Shown here in pieces: positions 18,682-27,400 of a DNA stretch of 56,295 nt. The notes under the pieces were generated by a model. That model had not been told where the DNA came from, made no database searches, and was given only the letters and a program-made list of their open reading frames with translations. Where the stretch lies: the IMG/VR virus record IMGVR_UViG_3300020196_000044, positions 1-56,295 of that record. One strand, written 5' to 3'. How positions within the stretch are numbered: position 1 is the stretch's first letter; the number at the start of each line of letters is the position of its first letter. This DNA comes from a virus (lineage: Duplodnaviria; Caudoviricetes). The position numbers and the translations under genes were made by a program.

Positions 18682-19625
18682 GTTTTAATGCTAATATTCC
18701 AGGATTAGATGATCTTACTAATAAAATATTAAAAGATATTAATAACTTTAAAGAAAGTAAAGACATAAGATATCCACATGTTAAGTGTTTATCAAGTACG
18801 ATTGGACACAAGATTGAATTAAATGAAACTGAAGGAAATGAAAGTATAACAATTCGTCATGGTATAACTGGGGCATTTGTTAAGATGTTTGCCAATGGAG
18901 ATGTTGAATTGTATTCTCCAAGGGATATAAATGTTGCTGCCGCCAGACACGTCAACATTAAAAATGGAACCAAAGTTAATAAGAAAAAGCCAGATGATAA
19001 TGATAGGATGGTTATCACTGTCGCAGGAAATGCACATCTTCTTGTAGAAAATGATATGCATGTGCATGTCAAAGGAAATAAATATGAAAGAATTGATGGA
19101 GAATATCTTTTAAATGTTGGTGATAAATTTATCACTACAATGGGAGAAGGATTTCTTAGATCGGCTGGTTTGTATTCAATTGATGTAAGTAAATTTACTA
19201 CAAATGGATCTACAATTGAAAGAAATCTTAAAGAAGGTGGTACAATGAGAGATTCATTTGCTGGTACTTACATCATTGAGCAAACTTCTCCAGGTGGAGT
19301 ACTTAAGTTATCAAGTTTAGGTGACATTGAAGTGTTTGCTCTTGGAAGTATGCGTACTAATATTGTTGGTGATGCTGAGTATATTATTGGTGGTAAAGTA
19401 AACTATAATATTGCTGGATTGAGAACCATTGTTCCCACTGGCGTCAATGCTGGTCCTTTAGCACCAACTGAACCAGCATTTGCTATTAATATTGCTGCTG
19501 GAGCATACAGTTGTACAACTATCCTAGGTAATGTTGACATCACTGCCACTATCGGTATAATGGAGTTGTTTGCAGGGGGTCCTTACCTTGATGTGAACTG
19601 CCTCACTGGTGTCTACCTCAACTAA
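18678..19625 (+). CDS. gp5 C-terminal-like beta-helix spike protein (start ATG 18678)
   Basis: YP, GHKIELNET.GNE.I.IRH..G, V.GN repeats, ends VYLN; ATGA overlap and GGAG RBS. Confidence 0.72.
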   Translation: MSFNANIPGLDDLTNKILKDINNFKESKDIRYPHVKCLSSTIGHKIELNETEGNESITIRHGITGAFVKMFANGDVELYSPRDINVAAARHVNIKNGTKVNKKKPDDNDRMVITVAGNAHLLVENDMHVHVKGNKYERIDGEYLLNVGDKFITTMGEGFLRSAGLYSIDVSKFTTNGSTIERNLKEGGTMRDSFAGTYIIEQTSPGGVLKLSSLGDIEVFALGSMRTNIVGDAEYIIGGKVNYNIAGLRTIVPTGVNAGPLAPTEPAFAINIAAGAYSCTTILGNVDITATIGIMELFAGGPYLDVNCLTGVYLN

Positions 19626-19630
19626 GGGGC

Positions 19631-19659
19631 TTGACAAGCAAAACCACGTGTGGTAGAAT
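19631..19659 (+). promoter_or_regulatory. sigma70-type promoter for small ORFs and the tRNA cluster
   Basis: TTGACA-17 nt-TAGAAT with extended -10. Confidence 0.75.
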
Positions 19660-19677
19660 ATCTTTGTTGTAATTTGA

Positions 19678-19863
19678 ATGTTTATGATTGATGGTGCAGT
19701 CGTAGATCACGTTGAAGTAAACATCTTAAGTAGATTGTTTACTATCTATTCTAATGAAGGTGATGCTTTATCTATTCATTGTGAAACACCAAAACAATTT
19801 AATGATGTTTTAACTTTATGTAAATCAAGTTTATCTTCTGAGGATGTTAGATATGTATACTGA
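19678..19863 (+). CDS. Hypothetical protein
   Basis: ORF directly after the promoter. Confidence 0.65.
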   Translation: MFMIDGAVVDHVEVNILSRLFTIYSNEGDALSIHCETPKQFNDVLTLCKSSLSSEDVRYVY

Positions 19864-20059
19864 TCAGTTTCCTATAATTACAGTGAAGGAATTAAAAGAT
19901 AACTTTGACTTTGTTTATACTTTAGTTGTGCGTGAAAACGTTACTTTTAAAATTAAGTCAGACGATCAAACGGTTTTGTTTATGCCTGTAAAGGATTATG
20001 AAATGTTGATTGACGTTTTTAATACTGCCAAGTATAAAAAGGGGTTAACAACAGTTTAA
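19853..20059 (+). CDS. Phd/YefM-like small protein (start ATG 19853)
   Basis: ITVKELKDNF...LV.....F.I......VLFMPVKDYE pattern; GAGGA RBS. Confidence 0.5.
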   Translation: MYTDQFPIITVKELKDNFDFVYTLVVRENVTFKIKSDDQTVLFMPVKDYEMLIDVFNTAKYKKGLTTV

Positions 20060-20064
20060 TACGT

Positions 20065-20149
20065 GGGAGCGTGACGTAATCGGTAGCCGTATCGGACTTA
20101 AAATCCGCTGGATGTATAATCCGTGGGGGTTCGACTCCCCCCGCTCCTA
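20065..20149 (+). tRNA. tRNA-Leu(TAA)
   Basis: Acceptor GGGAGCG/CGCTCCT, anticodon loop CT-TAA-AA, long variable arm, GTTCGA T-loop; no encoded CCA. Confidence 0.92.
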
Positions 20150-20152
20150 CTC

Positions 20153-20422
20153 ATGTATAGATATCAATTAAGAAAAGAAATTTGTTATATAGAACACGTT
20201 GGAATTGCCGAGGTTTATTTCTTAAATGGAATGCCTTTTTTATATGATGAACTAGATGAATTACATCAATATGATTCTGGTTTAATGCGATTAGCAGAGA
20301 TGCATCCATTGATTACTATAGAAGAGTTGACATCCAACTCTGAATACCTTATAATGGAAGAAGCACATCCATTAATATTTGAAGTTCCTTGTGATGAAGA
20401 ATCTGTTTTTCCGCCCTTGTAG
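20153..20422 (+). CDS. Hypothetical protein (MYRYQLRKEICY...); 3' end overlaps tRNA-Thr
   Basis: The ORF-track start lies inside tRNA-Leu, so ATG 20153 is preferred. Confidence 0.7.
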   Translation: MYRYQLRKEICYIEHVGIAEVYFLNGMPFLYDELDELHQYDSGLMRLAEMHPLITIEELTSNSEYLIMEEAHPLIFEVPCDEESVFPPL

Positions 20423-20484
20423 CTCAGTGGTAGAGCAACGGTTTTGTAAACCGTTGGTCGCTGGTTCAAATCCAGTCGGGGGCT
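20413..20484 (+). tRNA. tRNA-Thr(TGT)
   Basis: GCCCTTG/CGGGGGC acceptor, ACGGT-TT-TGT-AA-ACCGT anticodon arm. Confidence 0.93.
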
Positions 20485-20539
20485 TTGGATGGACTTCGGT
20501 TCTTCCATACGGGTCGGGACCATCATATCCGATCCACCT

Positions 20540-20612
20540 GGGGAATTAGCTCATTTGGTAGAGCACTGCTTTTGCACGGCAGGGGTGAGGGGTTCGAGTC
20601 CCCTATTCTCCA
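20540..20612 (+). tRNA. tRNA-Ala(TGC)
   Basis: Cloverleaf with TGC anticodon and the G3:U70 identity pair. Confidence 0.95.
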
Positions 20613-20630
20613 TGAGTTCTCTACTCCATT

Positions 20631-20785
20631 ATGTCTTTAATTTCTCAAACAGATCGTGCTATGGCAATTCAAGCAATTGAATTTTACATTTCTTCTTTGA
20701 AAACATATCACACTCCAAATCCAGAAAAGATTAGTCAATATAATACTCTTCTAAACTGGATCAAATTAGAATATCAAAAAAACAA

Positions 20786-20795
<10 letters not shown>
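20631..20795 (+). CDS. Small hypothetical protein, 54 aa (not in ORF track); 3' end overlaps tRNA-Asn
   Basis: MSLISQTDRAMAIQAIEFY...LLNWIKLEYQKNNAQ*; fills the Ala-Asn spacer. Confidence 0.65.
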
Positions 20796-20857
<62 letters not shown>

Positions 20858-20974
20858 TTCTTAAAACGAAATTCATTTTTTGGTTACAAAAAAGTCGAGA
20901 AAAATATTTTGGCAAAAAATTGCTCAAAAGGGTCGATGGTAATTTCCACTATATAATAGTGAAGCAGTAAAACT

Positions 20975-21208
20975 ATGAACCCCAATAATGATAGGAGGAC
21001 TTTTTTTGTCCCTACTAGGGATCCCTGGAATCATCACATATATCAAATGTTAAAATATATTGATAAATTACAAGAATTTTATATTAAAAATAATGACCCC
21101 TTTTACGAAGAACAATCAAAAATCATTAGAGCAGCGGTTTGTCATTTAAAACATAAAATTAAATCATTGGAGGGGGATAATAGTAGAGTATGTCTAGAGG
21201 AAGAATGA
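20975..21208 (+). CDS. Hypothetical protein
   Basis: ORF after TATAAT at 20952. Confidence 0.6.
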   Translation: MNPNNDRRTFFVPTRDPWNHHIYQMLKYIDKLQEFYIKNNDPFYEEQSKIIRAAVCHLKHKIKSLEGDNSRVCLEEE

Positions 21209-21354
21209 GTAAAGTTGATATTATTGCCAGAATTTATAAAATGAAGACAGAATTGTATAATGGAGTTTATCCAGAAAAAAGTGCGGACTGGCACGATGGA
21301 GCACAAGACACCTTAAATAAAATTATCAGCATAATCAACGAATATAATTCATGA
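21190..21354 (+). CDS. Small hypothetical protein, 54 aa (not in ORF track)
   Basis: MSRGRMSKVDIIARIYKMKTELYNG...WHDGAQ...; GGAGGG RBS and ATGA overlap with the next gene. Confidence 0.6.
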   Translation: MSRGRMSKVDIIARIYKMKTELYNGVYPEKSADWHDGAQDTLNKIISIINEYNS

Positions 21355-21545
21355 ACCAATCATCTCTCATACTAATATTATGTCTTTCTCCATTAGCAGT
21401 AATTTTTATTGCAATGAAGATGGTACTTTGGTTAGGAGAAACAGCAGAATTTGTTGCTAAAACTAAAGAACTTGAGAGAATGCAACATGGTCCTTACATA
21501 GTTTGGAATGAAGAAGAAGAAGAGGAGGAAGATGAATGGACCTAG
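21351..21545 (+). CDS. Small membrane protein with acidic tail
   Basis: N-terminal hydrophobic helix, poly-Glu end. Confidence 0.6.
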   Translation: MNQSSLILILCLSPLAVIFIAMKMVLWLGETAEFVAKTKELERMQHGPYIVWNEEEEEEEDEWT

Positions 21546-21706
21546 GTAAACTTTATAACAGAATTGCTAAAGTAAAGAATGATCTTTTGATGGAAGAACC
21601 TTGTCCAATTTATGAACCACAATGGGAAGAACTATATGGCACACAGAATGAACCAAATACAACCAGAACACCTAGTCACTCACAAAGAGTGTCAGGAGAT
21701 GATTGA
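21536..21706 (+). CDS. Possible small hypothetical protein (not in ORF track)
   Basis: MDLGKLYNRIAKVKNDLLMEEP...; GAGGAGG upstream; 3' part overlaps the next gene. Confidence 0.4.
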   Translation: MDLGKLYNRIAKVKNDLLMEEPCPIYEPQWEELYGTQNEPNTTRTPSHSQRVSGDD

Positions 21707-21854
21707 TGCTGCTATACGAAGGCACAATAGAAATGCTTCCATTATTTCTATGTTTGTTGGTTGGTTTGTCCTCGCTTTATTTGCTGAGGGATTATTGAGA
21801 TTGATTGGCGTTATCCCACCAGTACTACCATGGCTAAACATTACCCTGAAATAA
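21636..21854 (+). CDS. Small membrane protein (start MAHRM)
   Basis: ECQEMIDAAIRRHNRNA followed by a TM helix. Confidence 0.65.
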   Translation: MAHRMNQIQPEHLVTHKECQEMIDAAIRRHNRNASIISMFVGWFVLALFAEGLLRLIGVIPPVLPWLNITLK

Positions 21855-22009
21855 TAAGCATAGTTCTATTATTGGTATTTGCTGCCACGATGTTTTATCA
21901 AGGCACATGTATCTTGAGAAATAAACGTGGGTATTCTCTACGAGATTACATGAGGTATGATAGTGAAAATATGAGACGCAGGATAGAGGAAATACTTAAT
22001 GATAAATAA
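21830..22009 (+). CDS. Small membrane protein, 59 aa (not in ORF track)
   Basis: MAKHYPEIISIVLLLVFAATMFYQG...MRRRIEEILNDK*. Confidence 0.6.
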   Translation: MAKHYPEIISIVLLLVFAATMFYQGTCILRNKRGYSLRDYMRYDSENMRRRIEEILNDK

Positions 22010-22091
22010 CCAGTAGCTTGGGAAGTTGACATATGATGAATTGTATGCTAAACTGTGATTTCCGTGTGAAGGATTCCGCTGTATACCTTTA

Positions 22092-22116
22092 GGGGGGTTT
22101 ACTCCCCCATTTTTTT
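22092..22116 (+). terminator. Intrinsic terminator
   Basis: GGGGGG-tttac-TCCCCC hairpin followed by a T-run. Confidence 0.65.
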
Positions 22117-22126
22117 AAGAGGTTTT

Positions 22127-22342
22127 ATGTATTACTACTATACGTTATTGCTCATATTTGTAATAATTGCTTATATGATTTCTGTGGATCAAAATATGGC
22201 AGCTTATATTGTATTACTTTATAAGTTGTTAAAAATTAATATACAAAGGTTATTGTTTATGGCAAAAATGTACCCACGGTTGTTTTTGGATTTTTGGATG
22301 ATGAAGAGGCGACTTGACAGATCCCGTAAAGATGACCTATGA
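22127..22342 (+). CDS. Small membrane protein
   Basis: AAGAGG RBS and hydrophobic N-terminus. Confidence 0.6.
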   Translation: MYYYYTLLLIFVIIAYMISVDQNMAAYIVLLYKLLKINIQRLLFMAKMYPRLFLDFWMMKRRLDRSRKDDL

Positions 22343-22343
22343 T
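22314..22343 (+). promoter_or_regulatory. sigma70-type promoter
   Basis: TTGACA-18 nt-TATGAT upstream of 22385. Confidence 0.6.
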
Positions 22344-22384
22344 GGATGAGTGCTTAATTTTAGAATCTCGCATGGAGAAGTAAA

Positions 22385-22780
22385 ATGGGAATGTTCGACT
22401 ATTTCCGTTCATCGTATGATTTGGGTGAGCAATTTACAAATACAGTGTGTCAAACCAAAGACATTGAAGATGGTATTGGTGGCACAATGACTGACTACTG
22501 GTTAGACCCCAGTGGTCAGTTGTGGAAACCATCTTATCTTGGAACACATGACTTCTGTGAAATCACAGAGGATGATGACCGATATGATGAGAAGCGTAAG
22601 TTTCTCAATTTTGAATGGATTCCTACTGGTGTTCATGGTAAGTATCAACCATATGATATCACAAAGTATATTGAAATCTATCCTGCTGAATGGAAAGGAA
22701 AGTGGGAAGATTGGCCCCGCTTGCGCTTACACTTCAGATATGGTATACTACAAGAGCACATAGACATGACAGGACGATGA
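22385..22780 (+). CDS. Phage hypothetical protein (MGMFDY...QTKD type)
   Basis: GGAG RBS and typical N-terminal motif. Confidence 0.75.
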   Translation: MGMFDYFRSSYDLGEQFTNTVCQTKDIEDGIGGTMTDYWLDPSGQLWKPSYLGTHDFCEITEDDDRYDEKRKFLNFEWIPTGVHGKYQPYDITKYIEIYPAEWKGKWEDWPRLRLHFRYGILQEHIDMTGR

Positions 22781-22971
22781 CCCATTATGATAAGTTAATT
22801 GACGCTTTGGTCCAGCACCTTTATGATGCATGGGAGCACAAACATTGGGATGAGCAGCTAGCAAAAAGAAAAGCACATGAGATTCTAACAACTGTAGAAG
22901 CATTTCAACAAAATCGTCTCTTATCAACTACAGACACATCTGTATATACACAATGGAGGGCATCTGACTGA
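22777..22971 (+). CDS. Hypothetical protein (start ATG 22777)
   Basis: ATGA overlap with the upstream gene. Confidence 0.6.
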   Translation: MTHYDKLIDALVQHLYDAWEHKHWDEQLAKRKAHEILTTVEAFQQNRLLSTTDTSVYTQWRASD

Positions 22972-23141
22972 TGAGTAAATTTAACATTTATGACGAATCT
23001 ACAGGTGAACATTTTAATCTTTTTCAGTATATTGAATCTCTTGAAGAAAGAATTAAAATACTGGAAGAAGAAAATATTGAGACAACTAACGTACTTTACG
23101 AACTTCATAATAGGATTGACACGCTATGTATGAAACCCTGA
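22971..23141 (+). CDS. Small coiled-coil protein, 56 aa (not in ORF track)
   Basis: MSKFNIYDE...LEERIKILEEENIETTNVLYEL...; GGAGG RBS and TGATG coupling. Confidence 0.65.
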   Translation: MSKFNIYDESTGEHFNLFQYIESLEERIKILEEENIETTNVLYELHNRIDTLCMKP

Positions 23142-23320
23142 CTGAGTTTGAACGAGCACTTGCTCGATTTGGTGATAAAGTCCAATATATAGTTGGTCTT
23201 GAAATTGGTGATAAAATAAGTCCTGAAGTTGCATATCAAGAAATCAAAAATATGATTAAGGAACTTAAAAAACTTCGTAAAAAAGAAAAATCTGATTGGA
23301 TTACAACGGAGGAACAATGA
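23126..23320 (+). CDS. Hypothetical protein
   Basis: Tightly packed ORF in the small-gene array. Confidence 0.65.
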   Translation: MYETLTEFERALARFGDKVQYIVGLEIGDKISPEVAYQEIKNMIKELKKLRKKEKSDWITTEEQ

Positions 23321-23499
23321 AAGATTCTCTTAAAATAACAGAAACTGAAAATGGATTTGAAATTCAGTGGGATCCTGAAGATCCTAAATGGTCATTTCTT
23401 AATTATATGTCAGAAGAGGAAGTAAACCTACTATTAAAAGAAGCACTAGAAAACTCCTTACCAGAACGCGAAGAGTTTATTTCAAATTATCATGATTGA
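23317..23499 (+). CDS. Hypothetical protein (start MKDSLK)
   Basis: GGAGG RBS and ATGA overlap. Confidence 0.65.
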   Translation: MKDSLKITETENGFEIQWDPEDPKWSFLNYMSEEEVNLLLKEALENSLPEREEFISNYHD

Positions 23500-23818
23500 G
23501 TTTAAAAGTATTTGGAGATCGTGGGCACTTGCACTTGGAGAAAAGGCACATAAAAAAGATCAAGAAGCAGATAAGGTTGCAATTATACGCACTTTTATCT
23601 TTGCTACATATCTTGTCACCAACGCATTTATTATTGCTGGTGTGATAAGACACTGGAATGATCAACAACCTATTCACATTGAAATCTATGAAAATTCAAA
23701 CTATTCCGAAAAGTTACACTCAGAAAGACGGCACAATTTGGGAGTGGATGGAAACATCAGCATTGAGGGCGTATATCGCTCAGGAACAATCAAAAATCGC
23801 ACTGGGGAATTTGAATGA
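23492..23818 (+). CDS. Hypothetical membrane protein
   Basis: WALALGEKA..ADKVAIIRT plus TM helix; the C-terminus overlaps another plausible ORF. Confidence 0.6.
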   Translation: MIEFKSIWRSWALALGEKAHKKDQEADKVAIIRTFIFATYLVTNAFIIAGVIRHWNDQQPIHIEIYENSNYSEKLHSERRHNLGVDGNISIEGVYRSGTIKNRTGEFE

Positions 23819-23840
23819 GCGCCCAAAACGAGTATCCTAA
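23688..23840 (+). CDS. Possible small protein (MKIQTIPKSYTQKDGTIWEWMET...)
   Basis: Protein-like composition, but overlaps 23492..23818. Confidence 0.4.
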   Translation: MKIQTIPKSYTQKDGTIWEWMETSALRAYIAQEQSKIALGNLNERPKRVS

Positions 23841-23842
23841 GA

Positions 23843-24094
23843 TTGAAAATGAACACAGCTACAAATTACATACGAAAGTGTCGTAAACGGAAAACTATGA
23901 TAAAACCTACAGGAACATGGGCAGAACTTATTGGCACTTTTGTCGCTATTGTGATCTTTGCTCTACTTGCTTTATCATTTCAGGCATGGTTATTAGGATT
24001 GGTTTTTTCTTGGTTTAACGTAATTCTTTCTTTCTGGCAATGTGTTGGAATTATTGTATTACTTAATGGTATTCTTTCTGCAGCAAAATCATGA
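23843..24094 (+). CDS. Small two-TM membrane protein; start probably later (MIKPTG)
   Basis: Two hydrophobic helices; ATGA overlap downstream. Confidence 0.55.
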   Translation: MKMNTATNYIRKCRKRKTMIKPTGTWAELIGTFVAIVIFALLALSFQAWLLGLVFSWFNVILSFWQCVGIIVLLNGILSAAKS

Positions 24095-24393
24095 AACTTT
24101 TAAAGACGCACAAAACTTATGATTTTGGACATGACCTGTACATACAACTAATTAATACTGGTCGTCATTATCCAAAATTCTTAAAAAATAAATCCTTAAT
24201 TCAATTTACATTTAGTTGGGGTGATTTTCCAAGTTGGCCATATCTTCAGGTAGCGGTTGGTAGTGGTCGTTTGCTTGGTATTATATTTTGGTTATATAAA
24301 TTTGGATTTGATCTTGATATTTTTTCAAATACTTGGAACTGGGACTACTTAATTGAAGATAAAATAGAGGACCAAACAAAGGACGAGTTATAA
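24091..24393 (+). CDS. Hypothetical protein
   Basis: Aromatic-rich beta-strand-like sequence. Confidence 0.65.
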   Translation: MKLLKTHKTYDFGHDLYIQLINTGRHYPKFLKNKSLIQFTFSWGDFPSWPYLQVAVGSGRLLGIIFWLYKFGFDLDIFSNTWNWDYLIEDKIEDQTKDEL

Positions 24394-24396
24394 ATA
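24389..24396 (+). promoter_or_regulatory. T4-type late promoter
   Basis: Perfect TATAAATA upstream of the giant-gene cassette. Confidence 0.8.
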
Positions 24397-24434
24397 AAAG
24401 CAAGAACTATAATCTTGTCATATAGGGTAGATTA

Positions 24435-27400
24435 ATGGCATTAACACGTCTTCAGAACATCATTTCGTCAGTAGAAGGAAGAATATTATATGTAAATCCT
24501 GATGACTTTGATGCAACTGATGCTATTGACAATAAAGGTAATTCTCCAGTAAGACCCTTTAAAACAATCGCAAGAGCGATGCTTGAAGTTGCTAGATATT
24601 CATATGTAAGTGCTGGAAATGCTGATGATAAGTTTGACCAATTTACAATTCTTCTTTATCCTGGCGAACACATAGTTGATAATCGTCCAGGATTTTTTGC
24701 ATATAAATTAGAAAATAATAATTACGTTGCAAATATTACACCATTTTCACCAACAGCAGTCAACGGCGAATATGGATGGAGTAATACTACAAAACAATAC
24801 GCAGATTTATATAAAATTACCAACTCAATTAGAGGTGGTTTAATTATTCCAAGGGGAACCTCTATCATTGGTCTTGATTTAAGAAAAACTAAAATCATAC
24901 CAAAATATGTTCCATATGGTGGTAATAATACAGCACCAATTACAACTACAGTAAGTTGGACAGCAAATGTTAATACAAAAAGACAATTAACAATCACTGC
25001 TGTTGCTGGTGGAAATATCAATAATCTGGTAATTGGATCATATTTTGAGAAAGATATTACTTCTGGAACTACAGTTTTAATACCTGCTGGAACTACAATT
25101 ACAGGTATTGATTGCAATTTCAATGGAAGTTCTGCAACAGTAACAATATCAAGAGATCATGCTTATACTGGAACATCTGATGGTGGAACTGGTGCTGTTA
25201 AAGTTCCATATGAAGATGATAATAGTAGAGCAGCACTGTTTAGAATAACTGGTGGATGCTATTTTTGGCAATTTTCTATTTTTGATGGGGACCCAACAGG
25301 AATTTACACTTCTGCACAAGTAGATCCATCAGTAACTCCAACACTGACTACTAGTAGCACTGCTTTAAAGTTATCAGAATTTAGTCATAGTAAACTGACT
25401 GTATTTGAGTATGCATCTATTCATGATCTGAATACATTCTACAGAAAAGTATCTGATGCAATTTCAGTAATCAACTGTCTTAAAATTGAAACCAAAATTC
25501 AAGAAAACAGAATTGTTGGTCCTCTTTCTGATAGCGTTAGCATAACAAAAGTTGTAAGAAATCAATCTCAAGTTGCAGTAACCTTAAATCAAGAATTAGA
25601 TTTGACTGCTGGCAACTTTGTGTCTATTGTTGGTGATGGCAACTTTATTACTAATAATTCTCAAACTAATTCATATTACGCTGGATCTAAAAAGATTTCA
25701 TCTGTAATCAGTAGAAGTGAATTTGTATTTACATTAACTACTACTGAAGTTAGTACACTGAATGCTCTAGAAACAGATGCTGATTTGGCAATCACAGGAA
25801 CACAAATTCAATATACTCCGTCTGGTAGTGCAAAGGTTGAAATTGAGATTGATACGGTAGAATCTGCTTCTCCATACATCTTTAATATTTCTCTTCGTTC
25901 AACATGGGGTATTTGCGGTATGCACGCAGATGGTTCTCGTGCAACTGGATTTAAATCAATGGTTGTTGCACAATATACTGGCATCTCACTTCAAAAGGAT
26001 GATGGGGCATTCTTTGAATATGATACTAATACTAGCACATATGTAAATATTGCTGGCAAATTGTATCATAAAGATATCAATGCCATTTATAAACCAGCCC
26101 AAAGAAGTTATCACATTAAGGCATCTAATCGTGCAGTAATTCAGGCAGTATCTGTGTTTGCTGTTGGATATGCTGATCATTTCATTGCTCTTGATGGTGG
26201 TGATATGTCTATTACCAACTCAAACTCAAACTTTGGATCAAATGCAATGAGATCCATTGGATATAGTGATACTGCATTTAAGAAAGATTCGCTTGGTACA
26301 ATTACCCATATTATTCCACCAAGAAATGTAGAATCTACAGATTCTAATGTCTATTGGGAATCAATTGATACGATAAAAACAGCAACAAATATAGATCCAA
26401 CAAGGAGAGTTTATTTGAAAGATAGAACTACTTTCTTACAAATTGATTCTCCTGGAAGTGGATTTAATGTATCTACTAGAGCAATTCAAGATCCATCTGG
26501 AGTGCAAAAAACACTTAACTTAACTTTAACTAACGGTACAATAACTGGAGTATCATTTTTAGGAAATGATTTTGGTACATTCCAACCAGGAAGTCAAATT
26601 CATTTAGCATCAGATTCTACAACTGGTCTTCCATGTGAAATTACGGTTGGTGGAACTTTAACCTCAGAAGTTAATAGATACAAAATTGGTGGAAGAACTT
26701 TAAACCCAAATGGAACAGCATTTGTAGATAAAATATTTGTTCCACTTTATAATTCAGGTCAGAATTTCACTACAGAAAAATCATCAGATATTCAAAAACA
26801 AAGTAATGGTAATGTTTTTGGATATGATTTTGTCTTAAACAATTGGTTTGTTTATGTAAATCCATCCACAAATAATATTCGAGCGACAATTGATGGAAAT
26901 ACCTCAAAATATGGAGTTGGTAAAATTGAATCAACACCTACATCTTATCTTAAGAGAATCAAAGATGAAAGAACTCCAAATGATAAAATTTATAGATTGC
27001 GATATGTAACTAAGAGAAGTAGTGATGGCACTCTTCCTTCATATCCACAACCAGGATATGTATGTCAACAGAAAAAAGGAATAGTACCTGGAAAGGGGGA
27101 TAGATGGGCAGATGCTCATGATTTAATTTTAATTAATAAAGAATTCATTGCTAGAGAAGCATATGCTAGAGTAAATCCAACTATGCCATCTAATACAACA
27201 TCTCAAGATTGTATTGATGATGTTATTGATATAATGGAAGCACTTGCATATAATGTAAAATTTGGTGGCACTGATCAAATTTATGATGCATCGAATTTAT
27301 ATGTAACTGGAAATCATGTTGATGGAGAGCAACTAGCAACTATTAGTATTTTTAATCAAGCGAAGGAAATTGCAAAACAAGTTATTAATAATACTAATGT

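Noticed and set aside
20266-20680. ORFs 20266-20526 (-) and 20489-20680 (+)
   Set aside because: They are translations of the tRNA-Thr and tRNA-Ala sequences.
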